Notes under the pieces: model-generated
The model's input: only the letters and a program-made list of their open reading frames with translations
What the model was told of the DNA's origin: nothing
The model's database searches: none
Program-made: the position numbers and the translations under genes
In this document: positions 40,574-52,959 of the stretch, piece by piece
Numbering within the stretch: position 1 is the first letter of the stretch
Layout of the letters: each line of letters opens with the position of its first letter
Assembly (NCBI GenBank): GCA_050273025.1
Contig: CP158636.1
Coordinates: forward strand, 8,618,001 to 8,682,000
Direction of reading: 5' to 3'
DNA length: 64,000 nt
Source: Cenococcum geophilum
Lineage: Eukaryota

Positions 40574-43500
40574 GACACTTTAGATACTTTAACTAAATAT
40601 CTAAAAGTAGAGTATAGTATAGCAGAGCCTAATAAACAATAAACAACTAAAAGACTTTAGAGTGTTAGCGATATTAGAGCTATATATATGGAAAACGGAT
40701 AATATAGTTATAACAGTCCCTATAGGACACTTAAATTAGACTAAGGTAATACCCATAGTCTAGCGTAAAGAGAGGTAGGTAGTATGAAGTATGCTATAGG
40801 TTTAAAAAGATATTAAGGCCGTATAGGTGCTAGTATAATCAGTAGACCTTACCGCGGCAGTACTATACCTTCCCAACCGATTAGTACTGGTAGTATTAGT
40901 ATACATTAAGGGAAAGAATATAGAGGCACTATAGGATATAACCGGCAAACTATACTAACTAATCTAGGAAAATATAGAATAAAATAGGTATATAAACCGA
41001 TATAATACTCGCAGAAGACTTTAATTGGCACAATTAGCTATAGGGAGGAAATGACGTATTATAGGCGAGACAGGGAGAAGCCAACCCAATTATTAATCTT
41101 ATAGTAGATTACTCCCTATATAGCCTACTGCCTAGGGGTACAAAAATATAGTAAAATAGTAATTGCGAGATAATAATTAACCTAATCCTAGCATTAGACG
41201 AACTAGCATCTATAATAGTAAAGTATATAGTATATGGGACAGAACACGGATCTAATCATAGGGTAATTAAGACGGCATTTAATATTATAGTCCCTAAACG
41301 CGCTATAGAACAGAGAATGCTCTTTAAAAATATATTATAGAACAAAATTAGGAATAGGGTTGCTACCGCCCTCCGTGTTATCCTAGTAGGCGGTAGAGTA
41401 CAGCAGCAAACAGACCGGCTTATAGATGTAGTACTAGAGGTAGTTTATATATTAACTCCAAAAGCTAGACCATCACTATATATAAAAAGGTAGTGGATAA
41501 TAGACCTTATAAAGCTCCGCCAGGTATATACTTACTAAAGGAACTGGGCAAAGAACTAACGCTAAATGGGCTAGATATTACTAGAACTAGAGTAATAAGC
41601 AAAGGAGGCCTTAAAGAAATACTACAATGCAATACGGAAATAGAAAAGGATATATTAAAACAACTTCCTAGCTAATAATATAAACATTTAGTAAGCAGCA
41701 AAATACCTTAACCTAAGCGGCAACTTAGCGTTTAATAAGATACCACTATTAGTAAGAGTAGATAGATTTACTATAGAAGGTAAAGATAAGTAAGCAGTAG
41801 AGCTATTAACCACGTTCTTTCCCCTACTGCTAATAGGAATAGAGGACGAGGGCCCACGGCCTTAACGAACGCTAATACTAATACCGCGTCTTATAATGGA
41901 AGAGGTGGAATAGAAGATATTTATAATAAAGCTATAGAAAGTGCTGGGGGACAATAGACTACTAGCGATAGTATAGAGGCAGATATGGCTGGTAATAAAA
42001 AATAGGGTCCTGCTCTTCTTTTAGACCTTACTAAACAAAGGCAACCTTCCTAACTAATAGAGAAATGCTAAGATTATACCGCTTAAGAAGCCGAATAAAG
42101 GAGACTATACAAAGGCAAGGGTATAGAGGCCTATCTCCCTGCTGTCTACGCTAGGCAAGGTACTAGAGTCCATAATCGCTAAGAGAATATCATATACGGT
42201 AGAGACCTTCGGTCTACTACCTATAAATTACTTTAGGGCGAGGAAGAAGCGCTCCACTAAATAGGCGCTGCTATTACTATAAGAATATATCTACAACGCA
42301 TAGAGGTCTAAAAAGGTACTTAGCCTTATTAGCTTTAACGTAAAGGGTATATATAATAGAGTATATAAAGAGAGGCTATTACAGAGGCTTATAGTAAGAG
42401 GTATACCGCCAGTACTAGTATAGTAGATTAATACATTCTACTCTAATTAGACGGCGACTATCTTAGTTAACGGCTATACCTTTAACTAGTAACAGTTACT
42501 ACAAGCAGAACTACTATAAGGATCGCCGCTCTTACTAATACTGTTCCTCTTTTTTAACGCTAACCTAGTTTAGCACCGGCTTAATATAAATAAAGGCTTA
42601 ATAGCGTTTATAGATAACTATAATATATAGGTTATAAAACTATTAGCAGCAGTAAACCGCGAAGGTATTTAGGCTATTATTAATAGAGTAATAAACTGGG
42701 AGAAACAAAGCGGCGCAACGTTTAAAGGTAAAAAGACTATATTAGTGCACTTTATAAGAAACGCGGAGCGGACCAATACTACCCCGTTTATAATTAAGGG
42801 AAAAATAGTTATACTAGGGCATATAGCTAAGATTCTAGGGGTAGTTATAGATACGGAGCTTTAGTATAAGTAATATATTATAAAAGCAGCCACTAAGGGC
42901 CTTATCGCAGTAATAGCACTAAAGAGACTCTGGATGGTATCCCCTTTAACTATAAGACAACTGTTTAGGGCAACGGTAGCGCCAGTAGTAGACTATGCCT
43001 TAAACATCTGGATACACGCCTATAGGGAGGCCGAAGCAAGTATACGGTTAGTACGCAAGCGGCACTTAGAGAGGGCCACGAAGCTATAGGTTAACCTTTA
43101 TACACTACATAAGATAAACCTACTATTAAGGCTCCGCACTAAGGTGCTTTAGAGGTTTACGTCCCCATTATAGAAGATAGCCTATATATACTAACATATA
43201 CTAATAAATAAGATAGAGGTTATATAACCCTATGTAGTACCACTATAGGAGGACCGACTGCCTATAAGCATTAACCCAGATAAAGATAAGGTAACTAAAA
43301 TAGCTAACTCTACCTAAGGGATATAGATCGCAACGAGCTCGTCTAGAAGAAAAGGCATAGTAGGAATAGGAGGTATTATCTATAACACCCTTAGTAATAG
43401 GGAAGTAGTTATATACTTAATTATATTAAAACTAAGAGTAGAATAGAACCTATATACGGCTAAACTAGCAGCAATATTAATGGTGATAAAATACTTACTA

Positions 43501-44233
43501 CTAGATCTATAGGGGAGATAGATTACTATATTCACTAGTAATTAGGCAGCACTACTAGCGCTTAGCTAACCTAAGCAACAGTCTGGCTAAATAAGTATTA
43601 CACAGATCTATAATATAGCCCGCATGCTAAGGTAAAGAAGTAACCGCTTTCTTATTATATAGGTCCTATAAGGGAAATTTAAACTAGGCAAGAAGGCAAA
43701 AATAGTAGCATAATAAGCCACTATATAAGGACGCCTACTGTAAGGACAATAACACTAGGTTAAGGCTATAATAATAAACACCATAAGAATAAAATAGTAG
43801 GGTAGGAAAACACTGCCGGAAGGAGTAGGAAGGTACTTAAGAAAAATAGATATAGCACTACCAGGTAAACATACCTGTAGGCTATATAACTTCCTTAAGC
43901 AAGGAGAGGTAAACGTATTGGCCTAGTTACGGATAGAAATAATATAACTTAATAGGTATCTGCACCGTATTAGGGCGGTAAAATTAGATTAATATAATTA
44001 CGGTTAGGTAAGAGAAACAGTTAAATACTTCCTCTTTAGGTGTATAAAATGGACAGTATACTAAGAGTAAATGCTATAGTAAACAGACATAAGAAGAGGC
44101 AGCTTATCCTTCTATCTTAGGGGAAAGGCGCTAACTAACCCTAGATAGTAGACACTAAACGTAGACGCGGTCTAAGCGACAGTAAAATATATAATAGCTA
44201 CTAGACGACTTAAGGCAGAATTGGATTAATAAC
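40567..44233 (+). pseudogene. LINE ORF2 (AP endonuclease - RT - RNase H)
   Basis: 'GSDH' (~41248), 'RPISLLSTLGKVLES', 'LISF(D)VKG', 'QGSPLS..LFLFFNA(D)L', 'AF(V)(D)(D)Y', RNase H 'NPYTAELAAI' and a C-terminal 'ETV.HFLFRC'. A deletion is likely near 43030. Confidence 0.9.
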
Positions 44234-46699
44234 CCGTCCACCATAGTTAGAAACTCCCCCCCTTCCCTCCCTTTACGCTTTAACCAACCTATACTACGCA
44301 CCCTCGTACTACTAGCAGATCTCGCTTTAATCGCCAAAGATAGGACACTAAATACTTAGAGGAACACCCCCCCCTAAGACTACCTGCTATTAACCACCTA
44401 TAAGATCTCGTAGAATAAGGTATAAGTAATACTAGGGAATACTAAATAAGGTATATATACGGGCTTATACGAGAATATAGCAAGACTAAAGGAAGTGTAA
44501 TTATATAATATAGTACTAGTGCCCTTTAGGCTTAGTGCCTCCGGGCGGAATAAACTTCATTATTATCGTAACGTTAAAGCGGGTACTTATAGTATCGTTA
44601 GACTAGTACGGGGGTGTATAAGGAAGATAGACTAGTATATAAGATATATTAATACATAGGTAGGAAAAAGTAGAATGGTCTAATTAGCGGACTAGTATAT
44701 AGTAATAGGCCTTATATACTAGTACACCTCGTTTACTAGTATATTTACTATACCAGCCCCTTATCCTTGCCTACCTATACTAGTAGACTCTCCAAACTAC
44801 GTCCGTCCCTAAGTTATATAAAACCCACTATACCGCAAAATATAAGGGGTACTTTAACTTTAAGCGACTATAATCCTACGCACACGCTAATATTCACTAT
44901 AATTCTATATAAGTTGTGTGCTACAGCTACTTTTATACATTTAGAACCTCTCCTACTAAAAAATTACGTTTATATTATCGCCTTCGCGCCTAATATACAG
45001 AGAGCTTTAATTTAGAGTATAACAATATTCCTTCTCTAGAGCACTACTATTAAGCCCTTAGTACTCTATAATACTTATAAATAGTCTTATCTAAGTCTTA
45101 AAGACTTACTACAATACTAGAAAGTTATTATTAGCCTTATATCTACTATAGCGCGCAAATTTATATATAATTGCTACCCCGGTTAGTACTTCTAATTAAA
45201 GCGGTTTCTAATCCTAGCTAGTACGAAATAACCCCGCACGTTTAACACAATCATCGCCTATATAATTTACTTATGTTATCTAGTAAGCCGGGCTTATAGC
45301 TATCGGGTATATAGCTATACAAAGACTTAGTAAGAGGGCCGTTTTAGCCCCACAGCCTTGCGATCTAACTCAACCTTAGCTACTATAAGCCTCCCATTAA
45401 CTAACTTACTCTTATAGATTTACCACCTTATAAAGGTGTAGCCGGAGCGGGTCGGCCACCCTCCCTACTAGCGCTAGTAAGGTATAAGCACCTTAATAAA
45501 GAACTTAACATTAATGCTATTACGTAATATGGTTTATTTCTAGTGCTGCTACTTACATTAATAATAATACTAAATTTAATTCCTATTCTCTAAAGCCTAT
45601 TAATACGCTTTTTGTTAATGTGAACTGCAGCTTCATTTTAACCTCTAGATTCCTTATTATGGAAGGCCTTAAATATGAAACCTATATTAACATGCTAAGA
45701 GTATACTATATATTGCGGTAGCTGGCAACGATCTTATAACAGCGAGATAGCTCAATAAATGCGGTTTTTAAAACACTATATAAATGCCAGGGAATGCTAA
45801 TTACTAGAAGCGCAGGCTCCTCCTATTAACTTTGGTAGCTATATATTAATATAAACTAGTTAATATAGAAGGCTGCTTCTCCACAGATTCCATCTTCCTA
45901 GTTTTTAGCCATTTAGTGTCCCAAATATATTAATACGCTCCTATATAGACTAGATATATTCCCACAAGTAGTTCTTATATAAGTGGTCGAGAAAAGGCTT
46001 ATATATAAAATAATAATCCTAGTCTAAACAGTCGCGATAGTGGAAGCGTAGCCCGTAGATGTCCTATTTAATATAAGAATTATTTGACCACTTTAAGCTA
46101 CCTACTTATATAAAAGTATCTATTATACCAATAACCATTATAACGTCTACCGTTAAGTTATACGACATCTATAGCGCTTAAATCAGCCCCTATACCTAGT
46201 AGAGATCTATAAAATACGGACAATTCTTCTAGCATCTTCCCGTTTCTATAGAAGATAGCAATGGAAATAGGGCTCTATCGCCCTTCTAGTTAAGGGAGAG
46301 TAATACATTTACTGCGTAAACCTTCCTTAATTAGTCGCTTAACAATATTGGGGTTTCCTATCCTATAAGCCTAGTAAAGGGGGGTCTAGTATCTACTTTA
46401 TAGTAGGGACATAAGACCCTTACTAAGCACTATGTTTAGAATCTGTAATAAGCTTCCTAAAGAAGCATAATAGAGTAGACTATCTCCCTTTACGTCCTTA
46501 AGTTTAGGATTAAGGCCTAAGCTAAGGAGATATTTAAAGGTATTAATATGTCCACTTCTTACGGCAAACTAAAGAGCAGTTCTACTATGGGAATCCGCAA
46601 GGTTTCGGATTATATAGTATTGCTTATAGGCTAAATACAGTAGATATATATACCCCTTAAAGGTAAGGAGGTTTAAAAAGGACCTATACTAACCACTAA

Positions 46700-48250
46700 G
46701 ATAGTTAACGTTAGCGCCCTTACTAAGTAGTAGCTTTATAACCTATACGTAGTCTCTATATAAAGCCGCCTAAAGTACGTTACTATACTCTTTACCTTAC
46801 GCGTTAATATCGGCACCCTTATTAATAAGCAGCTTTATAACCTACTTATCGCCTCTAGCTAAAGCCGCCTAGAGTACGTTGCCGTACTTTCTACCTTACG
46901 CGTTAACATCGGCGCCCTTATTGACGAGCAGCTTTACGACCTACTTGTGGCCTCCAGCTAAAGCCACTAGGAGTGCGTTGCTATACTTTTTACCTTACGC
47001 GTTAACATCGGCGCCCTTATTAAGTAGTAGCTTTACGACCTGCATATAGCCTCTAGCTAAAGCCGCGTGGAGTACATTATTATAGTATCCACCTTATGCG
47101 TTAACATCGGCGCCCTTATTAAGTAGTAGCTTTATAACTTACTTATGGCCTCTAGCTAAAGCTACGTAGAGTACATTACCGTAGTATCTACCTTACGCGT
47201 TAATACGGCGCCCTTATTAAGCAGCAGCTTTATAACCTATATATAGCCTCTAGCTAAAGAAGCCTAAAGTACATTACTATAGTATCTACCTTACGCGTTA
47301 ACATCGGCGCCCTTATTAAGTAACAGCTTTATAACCTACTTATAGCCTCTATATAAAGCCACCTAAAGTACATTACCGTGCTCTTTACCTTATACGTTAA
47401 CATTGGCGCCCTTATTAAGCAGTAGCTTTATAACCTACTTATAGCCTCCATCTAAAGCCACGTAGAGTGCGTTACCGTACCCCTTACCTTACGCGTTAAT
47501 ATCAGCGCCCTTATTAAGCAGCAGCTTTATAACTTACTTATAGCCTTTAGCTAAAGCCGCCTAGAGTACGTTGCCGTAGTATTTACCTTGCGTATTGATA
47601 TCGGCGCCCTTATTAAGTAGTAGCTTTACAACCTACTTATAGCCTTTAGCTAAAGCCGCCTAGAGTATATTACTATAGTATCCACCTTACGCGTTAATAT
47701 CGGCGCCCTTATTAAGCAGCAGCTTTACGACCTACTTATAGCCTCCATCTAAAGCCGCCTAGAGTGCGTTACCGTACTCTTTACCTTACGCGTTAATATT
47801 GGCGCCCTTATTAAGTAGCAGCTTTACGACCTACTTATTACCTCTAGCTAAAGCCGCCTAAAGTACGTTGCCGTAGTATCTACCTTACGCGTTAACATTG
47901 GCGCCCTTATTAAGCAGTAGCTTTACGACCTATATATAGCCTCTAGCTAAAGCCGCCTAAAGTACATTGCCCTCTCTACCTTACGCGTTAACATCGGCGC
48001 CCTTATTAAGCAGTAGCTTTATAACCTACTTATAGCCTCTATCTAAAGCCACGTAGAGTGCGTTACCGTACTTTCTACCTTGCGCGTTAACATCGGCGCC
48101 CTTATTAAGTAGCAGCTTTACAACTTGCTTATAGCCTCTATCTAAAGCCACGTAAAGTACATTACCGTACTCTCTACCTTACGCGTTAACATCGGCGCCC
48201 TTATTAAGAAGTAGCTTTACTACCGCATCGTATCCAGACTCTGCCGCGAG
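46700..48250 (-). repeat. About 16 highly similar 99-bp ankyrin-repeat units
   Basis: 'gcgttaa(c/t)at(c/t)ggcgccc' recurs every 99 bp. De-RIPed unit: GADVNAQGGxYGNALQAASxGGHEQVVKLLLDK. Confidence 0.95.
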
Positions 48251-49492
48251 CAATAGCGGCGTTTAGCTGTAGCTGTCTCTTAAATCTGCTAAGATTATAA
48301 TATTTCTCCCTGGCTTAGAGAGCAGCTTCTCTAATAAAAAAAGCAATTTAAATTGCGCCGTTAAGTGCAATCCTATTGTTTCTCTAGGATATTTTTAATA
48401 ATACTTGCCGTATTTATAAGTTGAAATTGATATAACCTATATAGTATAGCAAATTAAGCTGCTGCGCTAAAGAAAAGAATAAGCTAGTTCAGACACCTAA
48501 TCTTAAACTATTAGTGTATGCTGTCCCTAGTACTAAGCAGCATAGTCTAAGAATATATTTTGCTCTAGCCTGCCCTTAAAGTCTTTATTAGTAGGACAGC
48601 TACTATATTTAAAGGTACTAAAGGAGAGATAAGTAAGACACGTTAAGGCTATATCTAGCTACACGTAAGGATTCCACTCTTCTCTAATCCGCTTAAAATA
48701 CTCTTAGGTAGTATAGTATACCAGACGGATAATATTGCTCTCCTTATCTATAGTGATAAGGCTAGCGCACACGGAGACTATATCTTCGACATTGGGAATA
48801 TTGTCCAGATCCAGCTCTTCTTCGCTTAGCTCCACCGCTAAAGCATAGTATAGCTCTATAGTAATGAGTTATCTCTATGTGTATATAATCTAGGACAAGA
48901 TATTCCTTACTTGTTCCCGCTTTCTAGGAAGTTAGCTTTCTATTCTCTTAATTACTTTGTTATATGCTTTATTATAGACTTGCTTAAGTACTTTAGAATC
49001 TTTAGAGCCTCTAAAAAACCACTTCAAAGTTAACTTTACTACCTTAATAGTATCCTTATCTAGTAATAAGTCTATATAGAGACGAGCGAGAAGGAACCTA
49101 GTAGTATTGTAAGCTATAAGTGCTTCTATAAGCCGCGCGATATACTAATATACCATCCACTACTTTAACAATCTTATTCTACACTAAGCCCTTTAGCTTA
49201 ACGTCCTGTTAAATACATTTCGGAAGTTAGTAAGTCTGACCTACTATAAATCATTTTACGTCCTTATTATTTGCGCGTACTTCTAATGTTAGCATCCCCT
49301 TAAACTTAGTTTTAACCCCCAGAATATATCTTAAAGTGGCTATTAGACATAGGTCTGTTCTACCTTATAAATCTCAGAGCTTGGCAAAAAACTAGTAACG
49401 GCTGCCATCTTTATCTAGACACTTGTCTAGAGCATTGACTATAAGATATATACTTAAATAAGTAGTAAGAACAGATTAAAGAGCCCCAAAGA

Positions 49493-49917
49493 TGTTACGG
49501 ACGCTTTAAGTATGACGTTACGACTACTTGGAGAAAAGACGGAAGAAGCTAGTTGGTTAATACAAGCACGGTCTAGGATGGAACCCGTAGAACCATGTGA
49601 CGAGGAATAGTAAGTAGAGTCACGTAATGTAATCTGTATAATCTATATAATCTATAAGATCTATTATAGAGCGAATAGAGCAGACAGAGTAAATAGAGCA
49701 ACAACTTTCTTAGGAGTACGGTTATGTATTTAAGGACCCTTAGTCCCTACCTAGATAGTTCCTTCCTTATAGTAATTCTTAGAATACAATTAGAGTTAAT
49801 CTATTAGGCAACCACTCCACTAGTTATTATTACGTTATTGACTTTTATACTTATATTTCCTACACACCTAGCCCAATAACGAGCCCATCGTAGTTCTTGC
49901 TATAAGGTTCCGTTACA
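49493..49917 (+). repeat. 5' LTR of the gypsy element
   Basis: tgttacggacgc...ggttccgttaca, collinear with 57019-57443. Confidence 0.97.
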
Positions 49918-49961
49918 TAATCACTACCTAGTTACGGTATCAATATAAGAAGTTAAATAAC

Positions 49962-52885
49962 ATGCCACCAAAAGCAGCTACTATAACGCCATCGACGGCA
50001 GCAACTACTTTAAGGACAGGAGGTAACACCAGTATAGTAGATACTAACTTATAACAACCTATGACGGTCGGACAGCTATAGGAAATAGTTAACTAGCTAA
50101 CAGCTAATAATATAGTATTAGAAGAAAGACTTAATGGGATAGAAGCAGCAAAGATCAAGCTACTATTAATTAAGAGATTTATAGGAGAAAGGTTAAAGCT
50201 TAAAGGATTCCTTATATAGATGCACTTTAAGGTCTTATAAGAAGGAGCAAAGTTACCTACACCCGTGGATAGAATAGCCTATATAGGACTATTCTTATTA
50301 GGAAAAGCACTTGAGTAGTTTAAACCTTACCTTATAGAGATACAGGCAAACGGAATGACGACTACTAACCTAGACGTGCGATTTATGTTCTCAAGTTAGG
50401 AAGGATTCGCGGAACGACTTATACAGATATTTAGAGACCCGGAAGGAACAACTATAGTAAAAAGAAAACTCTAGAACCTTATGTAACGAACCTTAGCAAT
50501 TAAGTATATAATATAGTTCTAGACACTAGCAATATAAGTAGAGTAGAATAATAGGGCGCTTATGGCATAGTACAAACAGGGACTTAAGGCTAAAGTCTAG
50601 GACGTAATTATTCTGATAGAAGATGCGGACACCCTAAGGGAACTAATAGATTAGGCGATTAAGATTAATAATTGGATCTACTAAAGGGAATAGGCTAAGA
50701 AAGGCTAGGATAGAGTTCTATAGTCGTATAAGGCGTAGAGTACGTAACAATAAAAGCTAAGTTAGAAACTATGGTATGGCGCAGAGCTAATGGACCTAAG
50801 CGGTACTAAAGAAGCCTATAAGAGAGGGAGCAAACTATAGAAACCTAGAGGATAAGGATTAAGTAATTAAAGGTCTAAGGAGCAAAGGCCGAATTAGGGA
50901 TCTCTATAGCAGAAGACATTTAGGCGGACTCCATAGCAAGAGAAATAGTTTAAAGAAGGAGCTTGCATAAATTGCGGAAAATAGGGTTATTACGTTAGAA
51001 ACTATAGAAGTGGGCAGAGTTACTACATAGTAAAAGGTATAAGACTAGTAGATAATATACACGTATAGAGGGATAACAATATGCTACGAGGAACAAAAGA
51101 ATGTTTAATTAGAAGTTTTGCGTTTTGTTATAATAATATATGCTAAATTTATAAAGACGCCAAGTATGGCGTAAGCTATTAGCTATAAGAGCCAACACCT
51201 ATAGGATGTAGAGGAATTAACGAACTAGTTCGCAGATCGGATATTAAGGACGATAAATTTAACCCAGGCGAAATATTTTATAATAATAAGGTAACAAGGA
51301 CCGCTTACTAGGAGCAAGTAAACCTTAAAGATATTATACCGGAGGTAGAGGATGATTCTACTATAGAATAGGGAATATTAGTAGGGATTGAAACCCTACT
51401 AGATATGATATCTATTGCTTTATGAGACGCAAGAGAAGTAGGATAGCGAACTACTTTAGCACTCGATAAAGGTAAAAGGCTAAAGGCTTAAGATTCTTAA
51501 AACGAGATAAGAGACGACTAAGATTCTTAAGACGAGATAAGGCACACCTAAGGACCTATAACAGACGAAAACCGATGAAGTAGGGCAGTAGCTTAGTTTA
51601 GAAATATACGAATGAGCTTAGGATAGAGTTTTCCACAGACATAAGACTTTTAAGACGAGATAAGTGAGACCTAAGACTCTTAAGATGAGATGAGGACACT
51701 ATGGACGCCTAGTTAGACTAAGGCGGGAGCTAAGCTTAAGTTAGAAGCAAGCTTAGGATTAAAGAATCTAAGGGACTAAGATTTTAGAGTATAAATGAGG
51801 GCACCTATAGATAAGAGGTAAGGAGCTTCTTTATAGATTAGAGAATTTGTAATATAAACAGTAGCTAGACTAGGAGATAGATATATAGACCTAGAAGACT
51901 TACTAGGGGAACACAGTGTTCAGCTTAAAGATTAAAAAGTTAATACTAAGATTAAGAAGCAGGACGACTTTAAGGATTAGAGCGCAAAGCGTAGACTAAA
52001 AAAAACTATAGAAAAGTTTAGATAAAGAATCATTATATAGCAAGAATAGAAACTAGATAAGAGATTTAGCATATTAGGACGTATAAAGGATAGAGCACTA
52101 GTATAAAGAATTACTAATAGGCTGAGAGTAGGTATACTAAGAGCTAAGTAGCTTACCGAACTAGAAAATAAAGAGGATTTAGGGATTTTAACTAGGTTCG
52201 AAGAACGATACATAAAAGGCTGTTATAATGTAGTAATAAGAAGATACTTCCTTACGGACAGACCGTATATACTCCAGCAGCTATACCAAAAGTGGTATAG
52301 GCAAAGGCACAATAATAAGTGGGAAGATTTCTATATATAGTTGGATGAAAAAGCTATCTAGGACTACCCGATTATAGAGAAGGCCATAACGCATATTAAA
52401 GGAGCCTTAATTATAATATTAAAGGATTTAGAGGAATGTTTAGAGGACTAGAGAAGTAAGAGGCGCATCTTAGTACCTGTGAATAAAGTTATAACGTTTA
52501 GATTAGTACGATAAAGGTTTAAACTTAGGGATAAAGATAAGCTAAGAGTTGACCTAAAGCACCTAGCACACTATACGTTATCATAGATTGCGTGCGTGGA
52601 CGATATATATAAAATATATAAGAATCTAAAAGAAAAGAATTGGAAATACCCTATAAGGATATACTGGATAATAGACGAGTAATAGTATAGGAATGCTAAA
52701 TATATGCACAGATGGCATCTAGTAGAGGTCTAAGAGGAAGGAAGTTTAGTACTTTAACCAGGAAGATTCCTTATAGAAGAATGCTTAGATGGACGACAGT
52801 AGTAAAAATGCCTAGAAAACATATGTCTATAGTATATTAAAGATAAAAAGCAAACTAGGCATTGGCTAAAAAGTAAGCTAAGTAT
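49962..52885 (+). pseudogene. Extended gag ORF (retrotransposon gag, CCHC knuckle, long C-terminal extension)
   Basis: Starts MPPKAA; contains 'KLKGFL.QM', 'GKALEWF.PYL' and knuckle 'ACINCGK(Q)G(H)Y(A)R.(C)' at ~50960-51010. End is approximate. Confidence 0.75.
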
Positions 52886-52959
52886 ACTAGGATTAAGCAG
52901 CTAATAGTTAGAAAAAGTAGAGGCCCACGGGACTAGGGGGAGCCAGTAGTAGAGCCTTA

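Larger units (their letters stand above)
39067..44566 (+). mobile_element. Full-length Tad1-like LINE (non-LTR retrotransposon), RIP-inactivated
   Basis: 13-bp TSD CGTAACGTTAAAG at 39054-39066 and 44567-44579; 3' AATAAA followed by a CAT/TAT tail; ORF1 and ORF2 present. Confidence 0.93.
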
